Shown here: one piece after another, positions 1 through 12,151 of the stretch
How positions within the stretch are numbered: position 1 is the first letter of the stretch
How the letters are laid out: each line of letters starts with the position of its first letter
Source of the DNA: Acholeplasmataceae bacterium
GTDB taxonomy: Bacteria; Bacillota_I; Bacilli_A; Acholeplasmatales; Acholeplasmataceae
Assembly (NCBI GenBank): GCA_963667565.1
Contig: OY763415.1
Location: 1,536,001-1,600,000, forward strand
DNA length: 64,000 nt
Direction of reading: 5' to 3'
Program-made: the position numbers and the translations under genes
The notes under the pieces: model-generated
Told to the model about the DNA's origin: nothing
Seen by the model: only the letters and a program-made list of their open reading frames with translations
Database searches by the model: none

Positions 1-743
1 TGTCATTAGATAGCCAATTATTAAAAGATGTTATTAGAGAAACGAATTTTGCAACTGCAAACAGTGAAAAAAGACCTATATTAACAGGTGTAAATTTTAA
101 ATATCACGACAATCAATTGTATTGTGTCGCAACTGACAGTTATCGTTTAAGTCAAAAAAATGTTAAATTAAAAACATATAGTAAAAATTTTGACATCGTT
201 ATCCCAAATAAGAGTTTAGATGAGTTAAGCCGTATTTTAGATAATTATAACGATGATGTTGAATTGTATATCAATCCTAATAAAGTATTATTTAAGATGA
301 AAAATATTTTATTCCAAACAAGATTATTAGAAGGGAATTACCCAGATACTTTAAGAATTATTCCTAAAGAGTTTCCAGTAGAAATTCCTTTTAACAAAGA
401 AGAGTTATTAAAAGCTGTTGAACGTGTTTCATTATTATCTCCAAAAGATAGAGAAACAAATTACAATATTATTAAATTAAGCTTAAGAGCTGATCATGTT
501 GTTGAAATGAGTTCAACCAACCATGAGATTGGGGATGCATTAGAAGAAATTATTCCTTCAGGTGATGCTATTGGACCAGTCATTAAAATCGCATTTAGTT
601 CAAAATATTTAGTAGATGCTTTGAAATCATTTAATTCAAATGAAGTTGTGGTTTCATTTGCTGGTGAAGTAAAACCATTTGTTATCAAAGGTAATTTAGA
701 CCAAGATTTACTTCATTTAATTCTACCAGTTAGAATTGATTAA
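1..743 (+). CDS. dnaN: DNA polymerase III beta clamp (5' truncated by window edge)
   Basis: ATDSYRL, RLLEGNYPD and C-terminal LILPVR motifs; RPILTGV upstream in the same frame; precedes yaaA-recF-gyrB. Confidence 0.97.
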   Translation, partial: SLDSQLLKDVIRETNFATANSEKRPILTGVNFKYHDNQLYCVATDSYRLSQKNVKLKTYSKNFDIVIPNKSLDELSRILDNYNDDVELYINPNKVLFKMKNILFQTRLLEGNYPDTLRIIPKEFPVEIPFNKEELLKAVERVSLLSPKDRETNYNIIKLSLRADHVVEMSSTNHEIGDALEEIIPSGDAIGPVIKIAFSSKYLVDALKSFNSNEVVVSFAGEVKPFVIKGNLDQDLLHLILPVRID

Positions 744-764
744 GATCAAAAAATAAAAAATACA

Positions 765-795
765 AAGCCGAAATTTTAGATTTCAGGCTTTTTTT
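765..795 (+). terminator. Rho-independent terminator after dnaN
   Basis: AAGCCGAAAT...ATTTCAGGCTT imperfect stem followed by T-tract. Confidence 0.65.
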
Positions 796-867
796 ATTTA
801 TCATAGACTAAAAACTATTTATATGGCAATAAAAACGCGAAAATCGCTACATTTTTGCTTTATATTA

Positions 868-876
868 TGATATAAT
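868..876 (+). promoter_or_regulatory. Extended -10 promoter for yaaA-recF-gyrB-gyrA
   Basis: TGATATAAT about 28 nt before the ATG at 904. Confidence 0.6.
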
Positions 877-903
877 ATAAAAGAAAGCGAAAGGGTTTAA
901 CAC

Positions 904-1108
904 ATGAAAGTATTTAAAATACAGAGCGAATTTATAACTTTAGGTCAATTATTAAAAGCTGAAGCCTTCATTGGATCTGGTGGAGAAGCTAAGTTTTTTT
1001 TATGGGAAAATGATGTATTTGTCAATCAAGAAAAAAGAACAGAGCGTGGAAAGAAGTTATACGATGGCGATGTAGTCAAAATAAAAAATGTGGTTTATCG
1101 TATCATTT

Positions 1109-1125
<17 letters not shown>
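904..1125 (+). CDS. yaaA: S4-domain RNA-binding protein YaaA
   Basis: FITLGQLLK, SGGEAK and RGKKLYDGD motifs; canonical position between dnaN and recF. Confidence 0.93.
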
Positions 1126-4037
<2,912 letters not shown>

Positions 4038-4042
4038 GAGAA

Positions 4043-6652
4043 ATGAACATGGATGATCAAACAACAAAAACCACAGAGGGTTTAGTTAAAGAAATAAATA
4101 TTTCATCAGAAATGAAAACATCATTTCTAAACTATGCGATGAGTGTTATTGTTTCAAGAGCTTTACCAGACGTTAGAGATGGCCTTAAGCCAGTTCAAAG
4201 ACGTATTTTATATGGGATGTCAACATTAGGCATGTCAGCAGATAAGCCACATAAGAAATCAGCGAGAATCGTTGGGGAAGTTATGGGGAAATTCCACCCT
4301 CATGGCGACTCTTCAATTTATGATGCAATGGTTCGTATGGCACAACCATTTAGTTATAGAATGCCACTTATAGATGGACATGGTAACTTTGGATCTGTTG
4401 ATGGTGATGGTGCAGCTGCGATGCGTTACACCGAAGCTAGAATGAGTAAAATCGCTGGTGAATTAGTTTCAGATATTGATAAAAACACAGTTGACTTTAT
4501 AGATAACTATGATGGATCTGAAGTAGAGCCTAGTGTATTACCTGCAAGATTTCCTAACTTATTAGTCAACGGATCTACAGGTATCGCTGTTGGTATGGCA
4601 ACCAATATTCCACCTCATAATTTAGGTGAAGTGATTAATGGTCTTTTAGCATTTATGGATAACGAAGACATTGATGTGAATGAGCTTATGGATTACATCA
4701 AGGGTCCTGACTTTCCTACAGGTGGTCAAATCTTAGGGTTAACAGGCTTAAGATCCGCATATGAAACAGGTCGCGGTATTATCGCGATGCGTGCTTCAAG
4801 CGAAATCGTTACACATAAAAATAAGAGTAGCATCATCATTACTGCAATCCCTTATCAAGTGAATAAATCAACTTTGATTGAAAAAATTGCAGATGTTGTT
4901 AAAAATAAAATTGTTGATGGTATTACAGATCTAAGAGATGAATCAAATCGAAAAGGTATGCGTATCGTTATTGAGTTAAGAAGAGATGTTGAACCTGAAA
5001 TTGTGTTAAACAACTTATATAAATATACACAATTACAATCTACATTTGGAATTAACATGATTGCACTTGTTAAAGGGCAACCTATGATGGTGACTCTAAA
5101 AGATATTCTAAAAAACTATTTAGAACACCAAATTGTTGTTGTTAACAGAAGAGCAATCTATGACTTAGATAAAGCTGAAGCTAGAGAACATATCTTAGAA
5201 GGCTTACTTAAAGCACTTCATGATATTGATCGTGCAATTGAAATCATTAAAGCATCTAAAACAACTGAAGATGCAAGAAATGCACTTATGGAAACTTATC
5301 TATTATCAGAAATTCAAGCACGTGCTATTCTCGATATGAGATTACAAACATTGACAGGGTTACAAATTGAAAGAATTGAAGCTGAATCAACTGATTTATT
5401 AGTCAAAATTAAAGACTTAAAAGAAATCATTGAATCACACGAAAGAAAAGTGTCTATTGTTAAAGAAGAGTTATTAGCAATTAAAGATAAATATGCAGAT
5501 GCAAGACTTTCAGAAATCAATTTAAGCGAAGATTTAAGTATTGAAAATGAAGATTTAATCCCAGTAGAAGATGTGATTATCACAGTCACTAATAATGGCT
5601 ATATCAAGCGCATGAACGTTGATCACTATAAGACTCAAAATCGTGGTGGTGTTGGTATGTCTGGTATTAAAGTTCACGAAGACGATTATGTTGAACATAT
5701 GCTTATGACATCAACTCATGACTATCATTTATTCTTTACGAATAAAGGTAGAGTTTATAAGATTAAAGGTTATCAAATTCCTAAATTATCACGCCAAGCG
5801 AAAGGATTACCAATTGTTAATCTTTTATCATTTGATAAAGATGAAACACTTGCTAACTTTACAAGCGTGAAGAACTTTGAAGATGAAGATCAATATTTAA
5901 CATTTGTCACTAAAAAAGGTATCATCAAACGTACACCAGTGTCTGATTTTAAAAACATCAGAACAAATGGTATTATTGCGATTGGCTTAAAAGATGGTGA
6001 TGAATTATTAAATGTACGTACTACTGATGGTACTAAAGAAATCATTTTAGGTGCATCTAACGGTAAAGCGATTCGTTTTGCAGAAACAGATGTAAGACCA
6101 GTAGGTCGTACAGCTGCAGGTGTTAGAGGTATGTCACTTGGTAAAGATGATGAAGTTGTTGGTATTGCAATTATCCAAAATTTAAGTGAAGAAATTTTAG
6201 TTATCACTGAAAAAGGTTATGGTAAGCGTACCGATGTTGAAGAATATAGACTTCAAATGCGTGGTGGTAAAGGTGTTAAAACCATAAATATTACAGATAA
6301 AAATGGACGTCTATCAACACTTCGTACAGTAACTAACGACGATGACCTTATTGTCATTTCAGATAAAGGGGTTGTCATCCGTACACATGTTGACCAAATC
6401 TCACAAACAAAACGCGCCACTCAAGGTGTAAGAATTATTAAATTAAGACCAGATCATAAAGTTTCTACAATTGCTTTAGTACCAAGAAGCGAAGATGAAG
6501 AAATGTTAGAAGATGGTGAACAATTCGTTCAAGAATCACTTGATGTTAAAGTTGAGAAAAAAGTAGTAGAAGCCGTTGTCTTAGAAGCTGAAGAAATTGA
6601 AGACGAAAAAGAAGAAGTGATTTCTACTGATAGTTTATTTGATGAAAAATAA
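4043..6652 (+). CDS. gyrA: DNA gyrase subunit A
   Basis: [18 protein letters not shown] catalytic Tyr, GyrA-box QNRGGVG, acidic C-terminal tail. Confidence 0.98.
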   Translation: MNMDDQTTKTTEGLVKEINISSEMKTSFLNYAMSVIVSRALPDVRDGLKPVQRRILYGMSTLGMSADKPHKKSARIVGEVMGKFHPHGDSSIYDAMVRMAQPFSYRMPLIDGHGNFGSVDGDGAAAMRYTEARMSKIAGELVSDIDKNTVDFIDNYDGSEVEPSVLPARFPNLLVNGSTGIAVGMATNIPPHNLGEVINGLLAFMDNEDIDVNELMDYIKGPDFPTGGQILGLTGLRSAYETGRGIIAMRASSEIVTHKNKSSIIITAIPYQVNKSTLIEKIADVVKNKIVDGITDLRDESNRKGMRIVIELRRDVEPEIVLNNLYKYTQLQSTFGINMIALVKGQPMMVTLKDILKNYLEHQIVVVNRRAIYDLDKAEAREHILEGLLKALHDIDRAIEIIKASKTTEDARNALMETYLLSEIQARAILDMRLQTLTGLQIERIEAESTDLLVKIKDLKEIIESHERKVSIVKEELLAIKDKYADARLSEINLSEDLSIENEDLIPVEDVIITVTNNGYIKRMNVDHYKTQNRGGVGMSGIKVHEDDYVEHMLMTSTHDYHLFFTNKGRVYKIKGYQIPKLSRQAKGLPIVNLLSFDKDETLANFTSVKNFEDEDQYLTFVTKKGIIKRTPVSDFKNIRTNGIIAIGLKDGDELLNVRTTDGTKEIILGASNGKAIRFAETDVRPVGRTAAGVRGMSLGKDDEVVGIAIIQNLSEEILVITEKGYGKRTDVEEYRLQMRGGKGVKTINITDKNGRLSTLRTVTNDDDLIVISDKGVVIRTHVDQISQTKRATQGVRIIKLRPDHKVSTIALVPRSEDEEMLEDGEQFVQESLDVKVEKKVVEAVVLEAEEIEDEKEEVISTDSLFDEK

Positions 6653-6704
6653 GATAAGATGCACATCGTTTTGATGTGCTTTTATCATTTGCGGAGGGAT
6701 TTAT

Positions 6705-7853
6705 ATGGAAGGATTTAAAAAGACACTTTATGTGTTTTTAACAGTTATTGCAGTATTGTTAAGTTTTTATTTACTCAATCTATTGAATGCAACTTATCCT
6801 CACAATATAATCAATAGAATTATTAATGGTTTACATATTGTTTTAGTACCAGTTTTAATTGCACTAATGATTACTTATTTAATTAATCCATTCACAGCTA
6901 GATTGATTAATCATAAATTTCCAAAATGGCTTGCAGTTGCGATTTCACTGGTTTTATCGATTGGCTTAATTGTTGGTGTAATCGCATTTGTTGTCATCTT
7001 TATGATTGATGAAGGATACAGTATTTATGAAAGCATCGTCTCATCGAATTTCTTAAATGTAATTCAAACATGGTTTAACCAAAATAGTTTAGGTGATGTT
7101 TATACATATTTATATGATACGGTAGTTAATTATGATTACACAGCATTTCTTGGAACATTTAGCAGTTTAGCTGTTGTGTTATTTCAAAGTATTACAACCA
7201 TTGTCTTAGTCCCTATCTTTTTATGGTTTTTCCTTAATGAAAAAGATAGAATATTTACAGCATTGAATAAAGTTTTACCAAACAGTTGGCAAGATCACTT
7301 TGAATATATCGGTAGAGAATCTAATATTGCAGTCGTTGCTTATTTTAGAAGTAAACTGATATCTATGGTTTTCTTATTTATGATTTTCTTTGGAGTATTT
7401 ATCGTAAGTGGTATTCCTTTAGGATATGCAATATTCTTTTCTGCAATTATTGCGTTCTTTGATCTCATCCCTTATTTAGGTCCTGTATTAGGTCTTATGT
7501 TACCTATTATATATTTCTTCTCAGCAGGACATGTAACATATTTTTGGGTCCAAGATTGGGAAGTAGATGCAATCTGGGGTACACTCATCCTTCTAGGGAT
7601 TAATGTTGTCATACAATTTGTTCAAAATAACATTGTCATTCCTAAACTTGCTGGAGATGCAATGAACATCAATCCTTTATTGATTTTGGTTGCAATGTTA
7701 TTCTTTGGTAATATTTTAGGTGTTTGGGGTATTATCTTTGCGATTCCTTTAGTAGGGATTGGTGTTATCGTTGTTGATTATTTAAAGACAGAAAACAAAA
7801 AAGAGAAACAAGCAGCTAAAAAAGTGGCTGTTCCAGTAGAAACAAAATCATAA
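6705..7853 (+). CDS. AI-2E (PerM/UPF0118) family transporter
   Basis: Multi-TM protein; YLINP, IPYLGP, NPLLILVAMLFFGNILGVWGIIFAIP pattern. Confidence 0.88.
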   Translation: MEGFKKTLYVFLTVIAVLLSFYLLNLLNATYPHNIINRIINGLHIVLVPVLIALMITYLINPFTARLINHKFPKWLAVAISLVLSIGLIVGVIAFVVIFMIDEGYSIYESIVSSNFLNVIQTWFNQNSLGDVYTYLYDTVVNYDYTAFLGTFSSLAVVLFQSITTIVLVPIFLWFFLNEKDRIFTALNKVLPNSWQDHFEYIGRESNIAVVAYFRSKLISMVFLFMIFFGVFIVSGIPLGYAIFFSAIIAFFDLIPYLGPVLGLMLPIIYFFSAGHVTYFWVQDWEVDAIWGTLILLGINVVIQFVQNNIVIPKLAGDAMNINPLLILVAMLFFGNILGVWGIIFAIPLVGIGVIVVDYLKTENKKEKQAAKKVAVPVETKS

Positions 7854-7951
7854 TTAAGGGAAGGCAACTTCCTTTTTTTATGCATTATATATGCAAGTAG
7901 GTTAAGTATTTTATTAAAATAGAGACATAAATAAAAAAAGAGGTAATCATC

Positions 7952-8323
7952 ATGATTAATCAAATTGGGCAAGTTATGTTATATGTAGATGATGTATTGG
8001 TATGTAGGGATTTCTGGATTAATCATCTAGGATTTAAATTAATTAAAGATGAAATGATGGGTCCAATCAGAGCCATTGAGGTTGCACCAAAAGAGACGCA
8101 AACAAGTTTTGTATTAATGAACAAAGAAATTGTTCAAAGCATGAGTCCTGAATTGGACTTTGGAACACCTTCTATTATGTTTTATACTACAAACATTGAA
8201 CAATTATATAAAGATTTTAAACAAAAAGGTATCACAGTAGGTGAACTCGTTACGATGCCTATGGGAAAAGTGTTTAATTTTTCTGATCCAGAAGGACATT
8301 ATTTCGCTGTATTAGAAAAATAA
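7952..8323 (+). CDS. VOC/glyoxalase family protein
   Basis: IGQVMLYV, FW..LGF and FNFSDPEGH motifs. Confidence 0.9.
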   Translation: MINQIGQVMLYVDDVLVCRDFWINHLGFKLIKDEMMGPIRAIEVAPKETQTSFVLMNKEIVQSMSPELDFGTPSIMFYTTNIEQLYKDFKQKGITVGELVTMPMGKVFNFSDPEGHYFAVLEK

Positions 8324-8354
8324 TCGCTTATAATGGTATTAAGAGGTGGTATTC

Positions 8355-9854
8355 GTGAACCAAAAAAATGAAAATAAATTTATAAACCGAGAAAAAGATT
8401 TTAGAAATGGAGCAATCGTTTATCAGATTATTGTTGATAGATTTGCACCAAGTGCTGATTTGGCATCAAAAAAAGAGTTTTATCAAGAACCTAAAGTACT
8501 TAAGGATTGGGATGAGCTTCCTAAACCAGGGCCATTTAATGAAAAAGCCAAATACTGGCAACATGAACTCGAATATTGGGGTGGGGATTTAAAAAGCGTA
8601 ATTCAAAAGTTAGATTATTTAAAATCACTTGGTATAGAAGTTTTATATTTAAATCCAATTCCAGAGTCTCTTTCAAATCATAAGTATGATGCAAGCGACT
8701 ATATGAAGATATCTAAAGAATACGGAACTTTTGAAGATTTAAAAACATTGAGCGATGCACTTCACAACGAAGGTTTAAAAATAATCCTTGATGGTGTTTT
8801 TAATCATGTTGGTATTAATAATTCAATCTTTTTGGAAGCTAAAGACCCAAAAAGCGATAAACATGACTACTTTGATTTTAATGATAAGTATCCTCATGGT
8901 GTTAGACTGTGGGCAGACGTTCCAAGTTTACCCGAATGGAATTTAGAGAACGAAAAGGTAAGAGATTATATTTATAAAGATAAAAATTCTGTAATTAGAA
9001 CATATTTAAGAAACGGTATTGACGGTTGGAGATTAGATGTTGCGTTCGATATTGGATATGAGTTTTTAAAAGAACTCACAGAAAACGCACATGATGAAAA
9101 ACCTGGAAGCGTCATTGTGGGTGAAATATGGAATTATCCTAAGACATGGTTAAATTCTATTGATGGTGTGATGAATTTTACTTTTAGAGAACTCATTAAA
9201 AAAACGATTGCTGGTGAGATTTCACCAAAACAATCACTTATTTTCTTTGATCAAATTATTGAAGATTCTGGCATTGATGGTATTTTAAAATCATGGAATC
9301 TCTTAGATAACCACGATACAGCTAGACTTACGCATCAATTACCCGACTTAAAAGATAGAAAATTAGCTCAAGTATTTCAATTTACATTACCAGGTTCACC
9401 AAATATTTATTATGGTACTGAACTTGGCATGGAAGGTAAAGAAGAACCTGAATCAAGAGCACCTATGCGTTGGGATTTGGTTGATGAACAAAATGAGACG
9501 TTATTGTGGACGAAATCGCTAATTCATATGCATCAATCTTACAGAGCGTTAAAAATAGGTGATTTTGTTTCAACGAAAGCAGAAAAGTTAGTTGCATTTG
9601 AAAGAAAAACAGATAAGGTTGATGATACTGTGTTAATATTCATTAATTCCACTAATGTAAAACAAAAAGAAACGATACTCATTCCAGACTCTAGTTTGAT
9701 GAATCTATCAAGATTTGATCATATTTTAGGTGATGGTCAAGTCATTGATTTTTGGGCAGGATTTATAAAAGTAGAAGTGCCAGAGAAATCATTTCTTATT
9801 GTTAAGCCACACACAAGTGTAGATAAGAGTTATACACCATATAAACGCGTATAA
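8355..9854 (+). CDS. GH13 alpha-amylase family (neopullulanase/cyclomaltodextrinase-like), cytoplasmic
   Basis: YQIIVDRF, WGGDL, DGVFNH; catalytic GWRLDVA, GEIW, LLDNHD; start placed at GTG 8355 after GAGGTGG. Confidence 0.92.
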   Translation: MNQKNENKFINREKDFRNGAIVYQIIVDRFAPSADLASKKEFYQEPKVLKDWDELPKPGPFNEKAKYWQHELEYWGGDLKSVIQKLDYLKSLGIEVLYLNPIPESLSNHKYDASDYMKISKEYGTFEDLKTLSDALHNEGLKIILDGVFNHVGINNSIFLEAKDPKSDKHDYFDFNDKYPHGVRLWADVPSLPEWNLENEKVRDYIYKDKNSVIRTYLRNGIDGWRLDVAFDIGYEFLKELTENAHDEKPGSVIVGEIWNYPKTWLNSIDGVMNFTFRELIKKTIAGEISPKQSLIFFDQIIEDSGIDGILKSWNLLDNHDTARLTHQLPDLKDRKLAQVFQFTLPGSPNIYYGTELGMEGKEEPESRAPMRWDLVDEQNETLLWTKSLIHMHQSYRALKIGDFVSTKAEKLVAFERKTDKVDDTVLIFINSTNVKQKETILIPDSSLMNLSRFDHILGDGQVIDFWAGFIKVEVPEKSFLIVKPHTSVDKSYTPYKRV

Positions 9855-9864
9855 AAAAAAGCAG

Positions 9865-10485
9865 TTAATCTGCTTTTTCTTTTGTATATTTATTTTTTAA
9901 TTTTGAATATTTAATACTAAAACCAATTAAAGCAATGACGATTTGAACAGGGATTGCAATAATAAAGAATAAGAAACTCTTTTCTGTTGGAATCATTAAA
10001 GTCAGCATAAGTGCTGAAGACCATAAGATGAGCGATATAGATAAATAGATATAGAATCTTGTGCTCCAAAGGATCGCAAATATTAAAACTACAATAAATG
10101 AAACAGGGATTGCTACGATGAATATCTCCCAGAGATTGAAGGCATCGAAATTAAGCATTGATAAGATGCTATATGCAGTTATAGCAACGACCCAAACTAA
10201 AACAAAAGCAGCTAACGTGATGGTTAGGTGTTTTTTATTTCTAACGGATGCAGGAACAATTGTTTTGGGTTTCTTATAGATTAAATCATCAATAGAAATT
10301 TCAAAAAGCGTGGATAATTGATCGAGGACATAAATATCAGGGACCCCCTCTCCACGTTCCCATTTAGAAACCGCCTTATCGGAATAACTTAAGTATTCAG
10401 CAAGCTCTAATTGAGTCATTTGTTTCTGTTTTCTATAAAATTGGATGTTTTCAGCTAGATGAGCTCTTATTTTTTCACTTTCCAT
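9865..10485 (-). CDS. XRE-family HTH regulator with C-terminal 4-TM domain
   Basis: MTQLELAEYLSYSDKAVSKWERGEGVPD helix-turn-helix, then hydrophobic segments. Confidence 0.9.
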   Translation of the reverse strand: MESEKIRAHLAENIQFYRKQKQMTQLELAEYLSYSDKAVSKWERGEGVPDIYVLDQLSTLFEISIDDLIYKKPKTIVPASVRNKKHLTITLAAFVLVWVVAITAYSILSMLNFDAFNLWEIFIVAIPVSFIVVLIFAILWSTRFYIYLSISLILWSSALMLTLMIPTEKSFLFFIIAIPVQIVIALIGFSIKYSKLKNKYTKEKAD

Positions 10486-10513
10486 ACATATATCATACCA
10501 TAAAATCATAAAT

Positions 10514-10590
10514 TCTACTCTCGGTAGAGTACTTTTTATAAACTCTACTGGCGATAGAAAACGAGTATAGTTGCTCTACTGGTCAGTAGA
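10514..10590. promoter_or_regulatory. Three tandem palindromic operator-like sites TCTAC-N5/6-RTAGA
   Basis: TCTACTCTCGGTAGA (10514), TCTACTGGCGATAGA (10544), TCTACTGGTCAGTAGA (10575); spacing 30 and 31 bp. Confidence 0.7.
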
Positions 10591-10646
10591 TGATGTTTTC
10601 ATCTATGATGCTTTAAGATAGTTATATAGGAAGGAAAGGTGAACTT

Positions 10647-11399
10647 ATGAAGAAAGTTGCAATTTTTGGTGATTCAGTATCAAAAGGTGTCATCTATGAT
10701 CCTAAATTAAAGAAATATACATTTGGCAATGGTATAGATTTTAAATCCATTGAAAATCGTTTAAATATTAAGATTGATAATTATTCTAAAATGGGAGCAA
10801 CCATCACCTATGGTCTAGATAAGCTTAAGGCATATTTAAATCAAGATCCCGATGTTGATATTATTGTTTTAGAATATGGTGGAAATGATAGTGACTTTGA
10901 TTGGGTAGAAGTATCTAAAAATAAATCTAAAGACTATCAATCTAAAACACCTATCGATACATATAAAAAAACATTAATTGAAATGATTCAACTTATCAAA
11001 TCAAAACAAATCAAACCGATAGTTTTGACATTACCTTCAATTAATGCAAAAAGATATTATAAATGGATTTCAAGATTAAACATTAACATGAAAAATGTAT
11101 TATTCTTTTTAGGTGATGTAGAGCACATTTATCGATATCACGAATTATATAATGTAACAATTTTAGAAGTCGCAAATCAGTTTAATGTTGAATACATAGA
11201 TATTAGAAAAGTATTTTTAAAACACTCTGATGATAAAGAACTCATTTGTCAGGATGGTATTCATCCTACGATGCATGCGGAAAAACTCATTGTTGAAGAT
11301 ATCATTAGTTATATTAAATTATCTGAAAACAATGAATTAGTATTACCTAAAACAAACGCATTGAATTTAGTATTATATGAAAAGGAAGTGTTCATATGA
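10647..11399 (+). CDS. SGNH/GDSL hydrolase
   Basis: Block I FGDSV, block III GGND, block V DGIHP. Confidence 0.92.
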   Translation: MKKVAIFGDSVSKGVIYDPKLKKYTFGNGIDFKSIENRLNIKIDNYSKMGATITYGLDKLKAYLNQDPDVDIIVLEYGGNDSDFDWVEVSKNKSKDYQSKTPIDTYKKTLIEMIQLIKSKQIKPIVLTLPSINAKRYYKWISRLNINMKNVLFFLGDVEHIYRYHELYNVTILEVANQFNVEYIDIRKVFLKHSDDKELICQDGIHPTMHAEKLIVEDIISYIKLSENNELVLPKTNALNLVLYEKEVFI

Positions 11400-12049
11400 A
11401 CAAAAGAAACATTACCAAAAAATTAGCTCAATTAAAAAAACAGCCACTCATTATTGATTATGTTGAAAACTATTCATTATTATCAACTGGCAATCATGAA
11501 GATGTTAACGCTTATGATTTTATTTTAAACGATGAAACGGATAACAAATTGATTTTAAGACAAACACAACGTGGTGATGGTAGCGTCCATGTCTTATTTA
11601 TGCTCATCACATGTAAAGGTAAATATGTCAATGTTAAACGTATTTATGAGAAAAATAATTCACCAGTTCAAGTTTATTGTATGGAAAGCAGCAAACAATG
11701 GAAATTTAAATTTGATGGGGAAGTCATTTACTACTCTAAAAACAATCAAGAGCGACATCATTTAAAATTAGCTGCTACCTTTAACTCAGATGAACCAATC
11801 ATTGACATGAAAACAAGTCTAAATGAAGAAGCAGTTGTAGAAAAACTACGCATTTCAAAAGTAGAACAAAAGAGATTCAATAGTGAAGATATCCGTGATC
11901 AAGTATCATATCACCAACAAGGATATGCCTTTGCAGATATAACCATTGATGAGATTGCGACAAAAATAGAATCTAAAGCCCTACGCAAACATCGAATTGG
12001 AAAATCTTCACTTCAAAACCTATTTAAAGTGTTAAATACAAGTCATTAA
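11396..12049 (+). CDS. Hypothetical beta-rich protein, coupled to the SGNH gene
   Basis: 217-aa ORF with ATGA overlap and an AAGGAAG RBS-like sequence. Confidence 0.7.
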   Translation: MNKRNITKKLAQLKKQPLIIDYVENYSLLSTGNHEDVNAYDFILNDETDNKLILRQTQRGDGSVHVLFMLITCKGKYVNVKRIYEKNNSPVQVYCMESSKQWKFKFDGEVIYYSKNNQERHHLKLAATFNSDEPIIDMKTSLNEEAVVEKLRISKVEQKRFNSEDIRDQVSYHQQGYAFADITIDEIATKIESKALRKHRIGKSSLQNLFKVLNTSH

Positions 12050-12151
12050 CTAAAAAATCTTAAACATCACATAATAAAGACATACATTTACATGTATGTT
12101 TTTTTTGTAGTATAATGACATACATAGACAGCCATAGACAGGGGAAGTTTT

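Noticed and set aside
744..903. Possible oriC DnaA boxes
   Set aside because: No TTATCCACA match seen; the origin probably lies upstream of the window
4285..4330. Quinolone-resistance change in the GyrA QRDR
   Set aside because: HGDSSIYD keeps the Ser and acidic residues of the susceptible pattern
10514..10590. Repeats as a mini-CRISPR array
   Set aside because: Units are only 15-16 bp with about 15-bp gaps and no cas genes; an operator array fits better
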